Positions 32,568-42,936 of a stretch of 64,000 bases of DNA are shown here, piece by piece; position 1 is the first letter of the stretch, and every line of letters starts with the position of its first letter. The translations under genes were made by a program, and so were the position numbers. The notes below the pieces were generated by a model that was not told the origin of the DNA, searched no databases, and saw only the letters and a list, made by a program, of their open reading frames with translations. The DNA is from Pelodictyon luteolum (GTDB taxonomy: Bacteria > Bacteroidota > Chlorobiia > Chlorobiales > Chlorobiaceae). The DNA lies in contig NZ_LVWG01000035.1 in assembly GCF_001622165.1 (NCBI RefSeq), positions 20,566 through 84,565 on the forward strand, written 5' to 3'.

Positions 32568-32600
32568 GGGCCCTTGTCAACAGGGGCCCGTCTCTCTTTT
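32568..32600 (+). terminator. Rho-independent terminator after the GH13 gene
   Basis: GGGCCCTTG-TCAA-CAGGGGCCC then GTCTCTCTTTT. Confidence 0.7.
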
Positions 32601-32696
32601 ATGGCTGCACTCCAGGGTATCGGCACTGAATGCCGGATGCTGTCTCTCTGAGAGGCTCCGCAGGCAGCATGACGTAAAGTTCCTGTCAGGTTGAGC

Positions 32697-32744
32697 AGAG
32701 AGAGAGAGAGCGCGCGCGCGCGAGCGCGTGTGGGTGGGTGTGTG
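32697..32744. repeat. Compound microsatellite (AG)7(CG)6 followed by a TG/TGGG-rich tract
   Basis: AGAGAGAGAGAGAG CGCGCGCGCGCG AGCGCGTGTGGGTGGGTGTGTG. Confidence 0.9.
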
Positions 32745-32756
32745 AGGGATGGACAT

Positions 32757-32795
32757 AAAAAAAACCGCCTCATGCATGATGCTTGAGGCGGTTTT
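32757..32795 (-). terminator. Terminator of petCB (possibly bidirectional)
   Basis: AAAACCGCCTCA-N11-TGAGGCGGTTTT, with an A8 run (U8 on the minus strand). Confidence 0.8.
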
Positions 32796-32856
32796 GTACG
32801 GTGTTCGATAATCAACGCTCAATGGGGGTTATCTGAGAGACAACCCCCACGACAGC

Positions 32857-34122
32857 TCAGAGGGCGCTGTATTCAGCGTAGACCCTGTAGGTGTTGATTA
32901 TGAGGAACGCAAGGACCAGGAGACCGAGGATCGTGAACATCGGGCTCTTCTCTTCTTTCGAGGCCTTCCTGTCAAGGAACGGCACGGCACCCCAGACAAC
33001 GGCACCGATGGTGAAGAGGATGATGGCAAAGAGTTCGCCGCCTTCAAACGTGAAGTCTTTCAGAAGCTGGAACTGTGCCCAGAAGTACCATTCCGGCTTG
33101 ATGCCGACAGGAGCCGAACCAAGCGGATCGGCCTGTACACCGATCTCCCACGGGAAGACAGCGGACAGATAGACCAGAAGGCCGAAGCCGAGCAGCCATC
33201 CGATGGCATCTTTGGCAAGGAAGGTCGGGAAGAACTTCTCATAGCCTTTGATCATGCCGGACTCCTTGTAACCGATCGGAGCAGAGGTGCCGAGCACCTG
33301 CACCAGCATAAGGTGGGCTGTGAGGACAAGAAGAAGCAGGCCGGGAAGCAGGACCACATGAAGCGAGAACATCCTGGTCAGGGTCTCGGGGCTGACCTCT
33401 TCGCCACCGCGGAGGATGTCGACGAGAATGGCGCCGCCGGGCATGACCTTGGGAACTTCAGTGCCGACCTGGGTCGCGAAGAATGCAAGTTCGTTCCAGG
33501 GGAGCAGGTAGCCGGTGAAACCGAAACCAAGGCTCAGAACGAGGAGCACGAAACCGCTGACCCACATCAGCTCACGCGGTTTGCGGTAGGACTTCATGAA
33601 GAAGGTGCTGAACATATGGATGAAGGCCATGCCGACCATAAGGTTGGCGGACCATGCATGAATCTGGCGGATGAGCCAGCCGAACGGCACTTCCTTCTGG
33701 ATGAACACGAACGAGGAGAACGCTTCGCTGCCGGTCGGTTTGTAGTACTGGAGAAGAAGAAGACCGGTAAGGACCTGGATCATGAAGAAGAACAGGGTGA
33801 GGCCACCGAAGTAGTACCAGAACGACAGGCGGTGCTTCGGAACCTCTTTTTTCTTCAGGTAGGCGATGACGGGCTCAAGAACGTAGAAACGCTCCTGGAA
33901 CCAGGCAGCAACGGGGCTGACCTTCGCATCCTTGAACGGATTCGGGTCAGCGCGCTCTACCGGAGGTTTGTAGACTCCGCCCTGTGCAGCGGCGGGTTTT
34001 GCGGCCGCAGGTGCGGCAGGCTTCGGTGCTCCCGGAGCTGCCGGCTTGGCGGCACCCGGTGCAGCGGGTTTCGGCTTCGGCGGAACGTTCCCCGCACCGG
34101 CATTCTGATTGTTTTCAGCCAT
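32857..34122 (-). CDS. petB: Cytochrome b of the cytochrome bc complex
   Basis: [45 protein letters not shown]. Confidence 0.96.
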   Translation of the reverse strand: MAENNQNAGAGNVPPKPKPAAPGAAKPAAPGAPKPAAPAAAKPAAAQGGVYKPPVERADPNPFKDAKVSPVAAWFQERFYVLEPVIAYLKKKEVPKHRLSFWYYFGGLTLFFFMIQVLTGLLLLQYYKPTGSEAFSSFVFIQKEVPFGWLIRQIHAWSANLMVGMAFIHMFSTFFMKSYRKPRELMWVSGFVLLVLSLGFGFTGYLLPWNELAFFATQVGTEVPKVMPGGAILVDILRGGEEVSPETLTRMFSLHVVLLPGLLLLVLTAHLMLVQVLGTSAPIGYKESGMIKGYEKFFPTFLAKDAIGWLLGFGLLVYLSAVFPWEIGVQADPLGSAPVGIKPEWYFWAQFQLLKDFTFEGGELFAIILFTIGAVVWGAVPFLDRKASKEEKSPMFTILGLLVLAFLIINTYRVYAEYSAL

Positions 34123-34159
34123 ATTTCCAGACTCCCTTGTTTTTCAGCAATAGTTTAGG

Positions 34160-34705
34160 TTACACGATCGAGATAATGAGGTCTTCGCCTTCGACCCGGA
34201 CGCCGTAAGGGGCGAGGGGAAGCGGCTGCGGACCCGAGATGATTTCGCCAAGCTGGGTGTACTTCGCACCGTGGCAGGGGCAGAAGATCTCATTGTCTTT
34301 GTCTTCCCAGCGGACAAGGCAGCCGAGGTGCGTGCAGACTGCGCTGCAGGCGGTCAGTTTGCCGTTGTCGTTGATGACGATGACCTTGTCCTTATTGAAA
34401 GCATAGATCTTGCCGGTGTTCACAGGAACTTCAGAAGCCTTGCCTACGACCATTTCCTTGACCTCCTTGATTTCTCGGACGGGGGGAATGATGAATTTGA
34501 CGACGGGGTAGAGGGTCGAAACAGCAACGGCCGCGCCGATACCGCCGACGACCTTGCCGAGGAAGCCCCGGCGTTCGAAATCGACACCCTTGAGACCTTC
34601 TTCGCGTGCTTTGCCGCCGGAAACCGCTCCAGAGGAAGAGGCCGGTGCACCATCTCCAAGGGCGCCCATCCTGGACGGGCTCTTGAAATTACCTTGTTGT
34701 GCCAT
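34160..34705 (-). CDS. petC: Rieske iron-sulfur protein
   Basis: RRGFL Tat-like motif, CTHLGC, CPCHG. Confidence 0.96.
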   Translation of the reverse strand: MAQQGNFKSPSRMGALGDGAPASSSGAVSGGKAREEGLKGVDFERRGFLGKVVGGIGAAVAVSTLYPVVKFIIPPVREIKEVKEMVVGKASEVPVNTGKIYAFNKDKVIVINDNGKLTACSAVCTHLGCLVRWEDKDNEIFCPCHGAKYTQLGEIISGPQPLPLAPYGVRVEGEDLIISIV

Positions 34706-34893
34706 TACAATGTATCTCCTTTTAAAAGCTATTGTTATGAAGTAAGAAAACAGTTGCCGGAGCGGCCTCTGTCACTATCGGGTCGGCTCTGGCCTACAAC
34801 CGCCTCTGGCTTCGTCGGAATGAAGCGCGGCCTGGTTCAGCTTGCCTGCAATATAGCGGGTAGACGCCGAACAAATTCTGAATTTACCAAATT

Positions 34894-36036
34894 CTACCTT
34901 GTAAACCAATCCAATTGATCTTTAATATAATTATACCTCTGGTACATAATCGACTCCTCCCCGTCACGCCAAATGCGGCTCCGCGTAAAGAATCGCATGA
35001 AGCGCGATTCGAGCCGTACGGGACTGAGGAACTCCGATATCCCGCGAAGGCCGGTGTGATGTTCTCCCTCAAAATCAAGGGTGATGCTGGATGAAAAACG
35101 GAGATAAAACGGTCCGGCATCAAGCACCCGTTCCTGATCGACCCTCATCCCGACATCGCCATCCTGGATACCAAGCACCCGTCCGTGCGGCGGAGCGAAG
35201 AACCCCCGGGTAAACCCGCTCTCGCTGAAGTCGGCGCTGTCACGTACAACGGAGGCACCGCTCCGGTTATCGTTCAGCATAAGAAGCGTCAGCGGCCTGT
35301 AGGCCGGGTCACGGAAGAAGATCACATAGTAGATCACATCCACCCTGTCGGAAAACGCCCGCCCCCAGTACCAGCGGGAAATATACTCCTGCATCGGCAT
35401 GGTACCGAGATTATGGTCGTGGTACCCTGTGGCCCGGACATCGATGGTTCTCGGAAGGATGGAAGGGCGCGCATCATAGAGCTGCACCCGCCCCCGAACC
35501 TCGGCCCTCGGAACCCGGAGCAGCCACTGATGACAGGGCACCGCCCCGTCATTGTTGCCGTCCCTTCGCCGGTAATCCACCCTCCTGCATGCACTGAACG
35601 TCAGTTCAGCCTGCACGGACTTTCTTCTGGCAGGGAAATCGAAATCTATGGAGAGCCGGTACTCGTCCTTCAGCGGATCATAACTGAACCTGTTCTTTTC
35701 GAAAGCGGCACCGATGGCGCTCCTTGAGCTCTCAAAAAGCTCCCGGCGTCCTTCGCGGATGAAGTTGAGCGTCTCGCGGCCATGTTCGTAAAGCTGGAAA
35801 CTGAAGCCGGCATAATCGAGAGGAGCCGGGGCCCCGTCGCGCCCGTCCGTACCCCGGTTGCGCCATCGCTCATAATGCTCCTGGTAGGAAGGGGAAAACG
35901 GAAAGCCGGCGAACCAGATGACGACGATGGAGATGCCGCTCTCCGGGTCTTCGATGTCGAAATACCACCATTCATAGGCGCCGGGGTCCTGCAGGTCATG
36001 CCATCGCTCCTCTGCCGGCTCAGTGGTGATGTTCAT
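34894..36036 (-). CDS. crtC: Carotenoid 1,2-hydratase (hydroxyneurosporene synthase family)
   Basis: PGAYEWWYFD, GYHDHNLG, WYWGR; upstream of petCB. Confidence 0.82.
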   Translation of the reverse strand: MNITTEPAEERWHDLQDPGAYEWWYFDIEDPESGISIVVIWFAGFPFSPSYQEHYERWRNRGTDGRDGAPAPLDYAGFSFQLYEHGRETLNFIREGRRELFESSRSAIGAAFEKNRFSYDPLKDEYRLSIDFDFPARRKSVQAELTFSACRRVDYRRRDGNNDGAVPCHQWLLRVPRAEVRGRVQLYDARPSILPRTIDVRATGYHDHNLGTMPMQEYISRWYWGRAFSDRVDVIYYVIFFRDPAYRPLTLLMLNDNRSGASVVRDSADFSESGFTRGFFAPPHGRVLGIQDGDVGMRVDQERVLDAGPFYLRFSSSITLDFEGEHHTGLRGISEFLSPVRLESRFMRFFTRSRIWRDGEESIMYQRYNYIKDQLDWFTR

Positions 36037-36347
36037 ATCGGGTATCGATGGGGTTCAGGCTCCGGAAGCCGGCATGCGGCTGAATGGAGGGAAAAGAGAA
36101 TTTTGAAATAATCCTGTTGACAGGCAATGCCCGTTGGTGCATAAGATATAGCGAACGCAGAAAGAGACCTGCAAAAAAAACGCTGACGAACTCGGTGGAA
36201 GTATACTGGACGCATAAAGCCTTCTTTCCATCGGAATGTAATGGTTTTGTCCCCATTCTGATTCCTTTAATTTTCCCCTGGCACCCAGAGCACCGCTGCA
36301 TCAACGGCACCGGTTCAGAGAGCATCCCCACTGGAGACCCGAAAAGC

Positions 36348-36374
36348 CAAAACCCCTGGGTTTCAGGGGTTTTG
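36348..36374 (-). terminator. Terminator hairpin downstream of tRNA-Phe
   Basis: CAAAACCCCTG-GGTTT-CAGGGGTTTTG. Confidence 0.75.
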
Positions 36375-36410
36375 CGGGACATCAATGCGTGTCGCCCGAT
36401 ATAGAGTGAG

Positions 36411-36483
36411 TGGACAGAGAGGGAGTCGAACCCACGACACATGGATTTTCAGTCCATTGCTCTACCAACTGAGCTATCTGTCC
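36411..36483 (-). tRNA. tRNA-Phe (GAA), CCA not encoded
   Basis: GGACAGA/TCTGTCC acceptor stem, D arm GCTC-AGTTGGTA-GAGC, anticodon arm ATGGA-CTGAAAA-TCCAT, T loop TTCGACT. Confidence 0.97.
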
Positions 36484-36593
36484 ATCGTTCATTCTCGCTA
36501 GAGAGGCAAAATATAGGAAGTTTTTCAAAACCCCCAAACAGGAAAACAAAAAAAACGGAGCCCGTGACCGGGCCCCGATTTGGACAACCTGGT

Positions 36594-38102
36594 TCAGGCC
36601 GGCACCGTGATGCACTCCATCCCCTTCCTGATGCGGCGAAGCACCGCTTCCCGGCCGAGCACTTCAAGCATGTGGTAGAGGCTGGGGCCGAAACTGACGC
36701 CGGAGGCAAGGATACGCAGAGGATGGATGAGGACTGCCGCCTTCAGGCCCTTCGGTTCGACAAAAGCCTTAAGGGCCGCTTCGATGGCCTCCGAAGTGAA
36801 CTCAGGAAGCACTTCGAGCGTCGGGAGGAACTCCGAAAGCAATGCGTTGGTATCGGGAGTCCAGCGTTTCTTGACCGCCTCTTCCTCCCAGGCATCGGGT
36901 TCAAAAAAGAAGTAGGATGAAAAAGTCACGAACTCGTGCTCGAAGCCGACGCGCTCGCGCATCAATTCGATCACCTGACGGAGGTAGGCGTCGCTGGTGA
37001 TTACCTCACGCTCGAGCATGGTCTCTTTCAGAGAAAGCTCATTCTGGAGCAGCGGACGGATGGTGTCGATGATTTTCTCGGCAGGCCGGTTCTTGATGTA
37101 CTGCTTCTCGAGCCAGTTGAGCTTGTCGAGGGTGAAGATGGAGCCTGCCTTGCCGACACGCTCGAGACTGAATTTCTCAATCAGCTGCTCCATGCTGTAG
37201 ACTTCCTGTTCACACCCTTCGCCCTCGTTCCATCCGAGAAGGGCGATGAAGTTTATGATCGCCTCCTTGCTGTAGCCCTTCTGGATATAGTCCTCCACGG
37301 CAACGTCTCCCTGACGCTTGCTGAGCTTGGAGCGGTCGGGGTTGAGCAGAAGCGGAAGGTGAGCGAACTTCGGTGGCTCCCAGCCGAAGAACTCATAGAG
37401 CAGAAGATGCTTCGGCATAGAAGGAAGCCACTCCTCGCCGCGGATAATGTGGGTAAACTCCATCAGGTGATCGTCGATGACGCTCGCAAAATGGTAGGTC
37501 GGGAACCCGTCGGACTTCATCAGCACCTGGTCGTCGATGGTGGCTGAATCAAACTCGATGGGGCCGCGGATTATATCCTCAAACCAGACAGAAACATAGT
37601 CAGGCACCTTCATGCGGATAACATAGGGTGCTCCGGAGGCGAGCATTTTCTCGGACTCGCTGCGGGGCATAGAACCGCCCATATCCTCGGGAAGCCATTT
37701 CCGGTTGTACTTCGGCTGAAGTCCCTGCTTCATCTGCAGCTGGCGGTTCTCCTCAAGCTCCTCGGACGTTGCAAAACAGTAGTAGGCATTCCCTTCTTCA
37801 AGAAGCTGCCGGCAGTACCCGGCGTAAAGCTCAAGACGATCGGACTGGAGGTAGGGGCCGAAGTTACCGCCATGCACAGGGCTTTCATCCGGCAGGAGCC
37901 CGGCCCACTCAAGGGTCTTGATGAGGTTCTGCTGCGCCCCTTCAACTTTCCTGCTCTGGTCGGTGTCTTCAATCCTGATGATGAAGTCACCGTTCATTTT
38001 TTTTGCGAACAGGTAGTTGTACAGCGCTGTGCGGAGCCCTCCGACATGAAGATACCCTGTTGGAGACGGAGCAAACCTGGTTCTGACCCTTTTACCGACC
38101 AT
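36594..38102 (-). CDS. gltX: Glutamate--tRNA ligase
   Basis: [32 protein letters not shown]. Confidence 0.98.
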   Translation of the reverse strand: MVGKRVRTRFAPSPTGYLHVGGLRTALYNYLFAKKMNGDFIIRIEDTDQSRKVEGAQQNLIKTLEWAGLLPDESPVHGGNFGPYLQSDRLELYAGYCRQLLEEGNAYYCFATSEELEENRQLQMKQGLQPKYNRKWLPEDMGGSMPRSESEKMLASGAPYVIRMKVPDYVSVWFEDIIRGPIEFDSATIDDQVLMKSDGFPTYHFASVIDDHLMEFTHIIRGEEWLPSMPKHLLLYEFFGWEPPKFAHLPLLLNPDRSKLSKRQGDVAVEDYIQKGYSKEAIINFIALLGWNEGEGCEQEVYSMEQLIEKFSLERVGKAGSIFTLDKLNWLEKQYIKNRPAEKIIDTIRPLLQNELSLKETMLEREVITSDAYLRQVIELMRERVGFEHEFVTFSSYFFFEPDAWEEEAVKKRWTPDTNALLSEFLPTLEVLPEFTSEAIEAALKAFVEPKGLKAAVLIHPLRILASGVSFGPSLYHMLEVLGREAVLRRIRKGMECITVPA

Positions 38103-38352
38103 GTGCATTGGCTGTTAAAAATTTGACAATGAGTTGACGCAGTACCGCCCCCACCCTCTTGGCTTCCTCCAGCTCGACGAGGGGCGAGGGAAGGGGGCGC
38201 CCGATCGTAAGAGCTTTGAATTTAAGAAAAACTACCTGTTTTTGCACAGTGAAGCCCCCTTGCAAATAAACTTTTTGCTTTCCATCGCAGTTTTACTTTT
38301 AATTACTTGTAACGTCGTAAGTTACATTTTACTGTAACACCAAACACACTCC

Positions 38353-40341
38353 ATGCCTGAAACACCCGTGAAACCGCCGGGGGACAACCGTTCCCGCAAC
38401 AAATTCAAACCCGTCCGTGAAAGCGGAGATGAACCGGGCTGGATGCAGGGCAACGGAACAGGGCCCCAGGGAAAACTCCCGCGGATTCTGATTATTGTAA
38501 TGCTCGGAGTGATTGCGTTCTTCGCCATCGCCCGATTCGCGCCTCCGCCCGCCGGGCCCGAAATCATCTACAACAGTTACCGCTCCCTTATAGAAAGTCA
38601 GGCCATATCGGAAATCGACGTCCAGACCCTCGAAGACAAGTCGGTCATCCTCAAAGGCCGCCTCAAGGAAGCAGCAAAACTGCAGCTCACCGACAACACC
38701 ACGGTGGAGAGTGACCGGTTTTCGGTCCGCCTCCCATCATTCGACGTCGAACAGGTAGACATGCTCGCCGAAAAAGGGATCCGGGTCAAGGTTGAAGAGG
38801 GTCGCGGGGGCATCTACACCATCCTCATGCTGTTCCTCCCCTGGATCATCTTCGGCGCCATTTATTACTTCTTCTTCATCCGTCGGATGAACGGGCAGAA
38901 CGCCGGACAGGCAAAAAACATCTTCAGCTTCAGCAAGAGCCGGGCTAAACTGGTCAGCGAGTTCGACGTGAAGACCACCTTCAAGGACGTTGCCGGCGTG
39001 GATGAAGCGGTCGAGGAGCTTCAGGAAACCGTCGAGTTCCTCACCAATCCTGAAAAGTTCCAGAAAATAGGCGGCAAGATCCCCAAAGGAGTCCTCCTTC
39101 TCGGACCTCCCGGTACAGGAAAAACCCTGCTTGCCAAAGCGATAGCCGGTGAAGCGAAGGTTCCATTCTTCTCGATATCGGGCGCGGACTTTGTCGAAAT
39201 GTTCGTCGGCGTAGGTGCGGCCAGAGTGCGCGACCTCTTTGAGCAGGCCAAGAAAAACTCTCCCTGCATCGTATTCATCGACGAGATCGACGCAGTAGGC
39301 AGAAGCCGCGGAGCAGGGCTCGGCGGAGGGCACGACGAACGCGAACAGACCCTGAACCAGCTCCTCGTCGAGATGGACGGGTTCACCACAAGCGACAATG
39401 TCATTCTGATTGCCGCGACAAACCGGCCCGACGTGCTCGACACAGCGCTGCTCCGTCCCGGCCGCTTCGACCGCCAGATCACCATCGACAAACCCGATAT
39501 ACGCGGCCGGAAAGCAATCCTCGACATCCACACGAAAAAGACTCCGCTCGACCCGGACGTCGACATATCCATCATCGCCAAGAGCACGCCGGGATTTTCA
39601 GGTGCCGATCTGGCAAACCTTGTCAACGAATCCGCCCTGCTTGCCGCACGCCTCGGCCAGGAGATGATCACCGCGGAGGACTTCGAACAGGCCCGCGACA
39701 AAGTGCTGATGGGCCCTGAGCGCAGGAGCATGTACATTTCAGACGACCAGAAAAAGCTGACGGCATACCACGAAGCCGGCCACGTCCTTGTGGCGCTCCA
39801 TACCAAAGGCTCGGACCCGATCCACAAAGTCACCATCATTCCGCGCGGCCGCAGCCTCGGCCTTACCGCCTACCTCCCGCTTGAGGACCGCTACACCCAG
39901 AACAGAGAGTACCTCGAAGCCATGATTACCTACGCACTCGGAGGACGGGTGGCAGAAGAGATCATCTTCCAGGAGACCAGCACCGGCGCGGCCAATGACA
40001 TCGAGAAGGCAACAGAAATCGCAAGGAAGATGGTACGGCAGTGGGGCATGAGCGAAAAACTCGGACCCATCAACTACGGCGGCAGCCATAAGGAGGTCTT
40101 TCTCGGCAAGGACTACTCGCATGTGCGTGAGTACAGCGAGGAAACCGCCCTGCAGATCGACGTGGAAGTTCGCAGCATCATCGTCCGGTGCATGCAGAAC
40201 GCCGAGAGAATTCTCCGGGAGAACACCGAAATGCTTCACCGGCTTGCAGGAAGGCTCATCGAGAAAGAGTCACTCGGCGCAGAGGAGATCGGAGAGATAA
40301 CAGGCATTCATCAGGAAATACTGAAAATGACGGCCGAATAA
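38353..40341 (+). CDS. ftsH: ATP-dependent zinc metalloprotease FtsH
   Basis: Two TM helices, [24 protein letters not shown]. Confidence 0.98.
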   Translation: MPETPVKPPGDNRSRNKFKPVRESGDEPGWMQGNGTGPQGKLPRILIIVMLGVIAFFAIARFAPPPAGPEIIYNSYRSLIESQAISEIDVQTLEDKSVILKGRLKEAAKLQLTDNTTVESDRFSVRLPSFDVEQVDMLAEKGIRVKVEEGRGGIYTILMLFLPWIIFGAIYYFFFIRRMNGQNAGQAKNIFSFSKSRAKLVSEFDVKTTFKDVAGVDEAVEELQETVEFLTNPEKFQKIGGKIPKGVLLLGPPGTGKTLLAKAIAGEAKVPFFSISGADFVEMFVGVGAARVRDLFEQAKKNSPCIVFIDEIDAVGRSRGAGLGGGHDEREQTLNQLLVEMDGFTTSDNVILIAATNRPDVLDTALLRPGRFDRQITIDKPDIRGRKAILDIHTKKTPLDPDVDISIIAKSTPGFSGADLANLVNESALLAARLGQEMITAEDFEQARDKVLMGPERRSMYISDDQKKLTAYHEAGHVLVALHTKGSDPIHKVTIIPRGRSLGLTAYLPLEDRYTQNREYLEAMITYALGGRVAEEIIFQETSTGAANDIEKATEIARKMVRQWGMSEKLGPINYGGSHKEVFLGKDYSHVREYSEETALQIDVEVRSIIVRCMQNAERILRENTEMLHRLAGRLIEKESLGAEEIGEITGIHQEILKMTAE

Positions 40342-40721
40342 TGGACAGCATCATTCTGCAGAACATCATCATGCTCTTCATCGGCCTGCTGGCAGGCGTG
40401 CTCTCCGGCATGTTCGGAATCGGCGGGGGAATCATCATCGTTCCCGCCCTGGTGCTGATCCTCGGCATGACCCAGCAGACCGCCAGTGCAACCTCTCTCG
40501 TGGCACTGCTCCTACCGGTAGGCATACTCGGAGTGCTGGAATACTATCGGGAAGGACGGATATCGATGGATAATATCTGGCTCGGACTTCTGCTCGCCGC
40601 CGGACTCTTTATAGGGGCGTACTTCGGAGCGAAAATCGCAACACACCTGTCGGGGACAGTCCTCCGACGTGCGTTCGCGGTGTTCACAGGAATTGTCGCC
40701 CTTCGTCTATGGTTTAAGTAA
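40341..40721 (+). CDS. Short TauE/SafE (TSUP) family membrane protein
   Basis: AGVLSGMFGIGGGIIIVPAL, ATSL, GAYFGAKIA; TAATG overlap with ftsH. Confidence 0.82.
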   Translation: MDSIILQNIIMLFIGLLAGVLSGMFGIGGGIIIVPALVLILGMTQQTASATSLVALLLPVGILGVLEYYREGRISMDNIWLGLLLAAGLFIGAYFGAKIATHLSGTVLRRAFAVFTGIVALRLWFK

Positions 40722-40755
40722 CTGTCGCACCACCAATAACCCAATCCACCTCACT

Positions 40756-41064
40756 ATGGGAACCACTACCACGAAAGCCGATCTGGTCAATGTCATTGCC
40801 CACAGAACCGGCCTGACGAAGAATGAGACCGAGTCGGTGGTTGATGCGCTGTTCGAAGGCATCATCGACTCACTCAAATCCGGTCGGCGCATTGAAATCC
40901 GGGGATTCGGATCCTTCAACATCCGCTACAAGAACCTCCGGCAGGCCCGCAACCCCAGGACCGGCGAAAAAGTGACGGTCGAGGCGAAAAACGTCCCGAC
41001 CTTCAAGATTTCCAAAGAGTTCAAGCAGGCCGTCAGCGAAAGCCTGAAATCCACCATATCCTGA
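40756..41064 (+). CDS. hup: HU/IHF family DNA-binding protein
   Basis: TKADLVNVIA, IEIRGFGSF, ARNPRTGE, VPTFK. Confidence 0.92.
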   Translation: MGTTTTKADLVNVIAHRTGLTKNETESVVDALFEGIIDSLKSGRRIEIRGFGSFNIRYKNLRQARNPRTGEKVTVEAKNVPTFKISKEFKQAVSESLKSTIS

Positions 41065-41106
41065 GTCTCATACACTGGCGGCCAGCGGCCGCCGGATAGG
41101 CACCAT

Positions 41107-41499
41107 TCAGAGCTCAAAGGGATCGTCGATGATCTCCAGGGAAACTTCTTTGCCGTGATCAACAAACCCGATCCTTATGTAATGCAGGTTTTCGGGCAGA
41201 AAGATGTCAGCGCCCTTTTCTGCCGCGTGCAGGATGATGTGGCCCTTGTGGTGACCCAGCTCTTTTGCCAGATCTCCCCACTTCTTCAGGACGATGTTCG
41301 TATAAGACTCCCCCACCCTCAAGGCGACCTGCCCGCAGTCGGTCAGGTCGCTGATGAGATCAGGTGCTGAAATCAGCGACATCTCCTTGCCAACCCAGAT
41401 GCTCAGCAGTTCACAGTGGAACGGCAGAAACACCGAATTGCGGATTACAAGCCCCTTCCTGCCGCTCTTTACGGCGTCGGTAAAACTCTTCATAGCCAT
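41107..41499 (-). CDS. Hypothetical protein (130 aa)
   Basis: Fills the intergenic space downstream of the antiporter gene; globular composition; no family recognised. Confidence 0.7.
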   Translation of the reverse strand: MAMKSFTDAVKSGRKGLVIRNSVFLPFHCELLSIWVGKEMSLISAPDLISDLTDCGQVALRVGESYTNIVLKKWGDLAKELGHHKGHIILHAAEKGADIFLPENLHYIRIGFVDHGKEVSLEIIDDPFEL

Positions 41500-41532
41500 G
41501 CGTCCCTTGTTTTATACGGGGGTTCGTTAGTA

Positions 41533-42936
41533 TCAGAAATTGAAGAACAGGAGCCAGAGCCCGATAAAGATCGGGATCAGGAATGGAATGGAATACTTGT
41601 AGATGTACTCCACGAAATCCGGCACATCGGCTTCAGCCTGCGCGGCAATGTTCTTCACCATGAAGTTCGGGGCGTTGCCGATGTAGGTCATCGCTCCAAA
41701 AAAGACGGAAGCCACGGAGATAGCCATCAGGTAAATGTCTGAACTGACATCACCGGCAACAGGTGAACCGGTTCCTGCGGCGAAGGAGCGGATCTGGGCC
41801 ACAGCATCCGGTGCATTGATATCAAGACCGAATTTGCCTAGGGCACCGGCCAGAAAGTTCAGGTAGGTCGGCGCATTATCGAGCACGCCCGAGAGCGCAC
41901 CGGTCATCCAGTAGAAACGTGTCACCGAAAAATCTCCGGCATGCGAGCTGGCGTACTCGCCGATCAGCTGGAGGGCGGGAATCATGGTGGCAAAAATGCC
42001 GATGAAGAGGAATGCAACTTCCTTGATCGGCTCGAAGTTGAACTCGTTGCCCTTGAGTGCCTGGCTGTCAGCGGTCTTGTAGGCCACGATGGCAACCGTA
42101 CCCATAATCACTTCACGGATGCCGAAGGGCACACCGAGCAGCTCCTGCAGGCTTGGGAAGCCCGCAATGACGGCAGAGTCGAGGAAAACCGCGACAATGA
42201 TCATGCCGAGATAGAGGAAGTTGCGCGTTCCGGTGATGGAGATACCTCCATTCTTGGCAGGCTCCTGCACCCCGCCGTCTCCGGAGCGCATGTCAAGCAC
42301 CATGAAGACGAGTACCAGAGCGACGACAGCGACGACCCAGGGAAGCCATACCTTCGAAATAACCCAGAAGAACGGAACTCCCTTGAGGAACCCGAGAAAC
42401 AGCGGCGGATCGCCGATGGGGGTCAGCCCGCCACCGATATTGCTTACAATGAAGATGAAAAAGACGATGTGGAACGCCTTCAACCGACCTTCGTTGATGC
42501 GCATGTAGGGGCGGATGAGCAGCATCGAGGCTCCCGTGGTGCCGATGACGTTCGACAGCACCGCGCCGAAAAGAAGAAGGAGGCCGTTGACGAGAGGTTT
42601 ACCCCTGCGCTCGATATGGATCAGGATGCCCCCTGAAACGATGAAGAGGGAGGCGACGAGGGCAATGAAGGAAATGTACTCCTCAAGGGTATGAAGGAGG
42701 GTTTGCGGACCGTGCTCCATCATGAAGGCGTAGTAACCAGCAACAATCGCGCCAAGCCCTACAGCAACCTTGGGATAATGGTGTTCCCAGAACCGGCGGT
42801 AGAAAAGCGGTCCAGTGGCAATCATGAGAAGCAGAAAAACGAAAGGCAGCACCAGCCATACGGGAGGCATGTGGAGCAGGCCTGAAACTGCTGCGGCAGC
42901 CGAAACTGCCGCATCCTGATGTTCAGCTAAAGCCAT
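41533..42936 (-). CDS. Putative sodium:proton antiporter (IT superfamily)
   Basis: IGTTGASMLLIRP, GDPPLFLG, LDNAPTY, GAMTYIGNAPNFMVK. Confidence 0.85.
   Translation of the reverse strand: MALAEHQDAAVSAAAAVSGLLHMPPVWLVLPFVFLLLMIATGPLFYRRFWEHHYPKVAVGLGAIVAGYYAFMMEHGPQTLLHTLEEYISFIALVASLFIVSGGILIHIERRGKPLVNGLLLLFGAVLSNVIGTTGASMLLIRPYMRINEGRLKAFHIVFFIFIVSNIGGGLTPIGDPPLFLGFLKGVPFFWVISKVWLPWVVAVVALVLVFMVLDMRSGDGGVQEPAKNGGISITGTRNFLYLGMIIVAVFLDSAVIAGFPSLQELLGVPFGIREVIMGTVAIVAYKTADSQALKGNEFNFEPIKEVAFLFIGIFATMIPALQLIGEYASSHAGDFSVTRFYWMTGALSGVLDNAPTYLNFLAGALGKFGLDINAPDAVAQIRSFAAGTGSPVAGDVSSDIYLMAISVASVFFGAMTYIGNAPNFMVKNIAAQAEADVPDFVEYIYKYSIPFLIPIFIGLWLLFFNF

Noticed and set aside
32605-32700. Identification as SRP RNA, 6S RNA, glycine riboswitch or hammerhead ribozyme
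   Set aside because: Only fragments match (TCAGG/AGCAG without the tetraloop helix; no CUGANGA-GAAA core); kept as an unassigned structured element
32824-32848. GGGGGTT...AACCCCC hairpin after the petB stop as a separate element
   Set aside because: Most simply a 3' mRNA stabilising hairpin ahead of the real terminator
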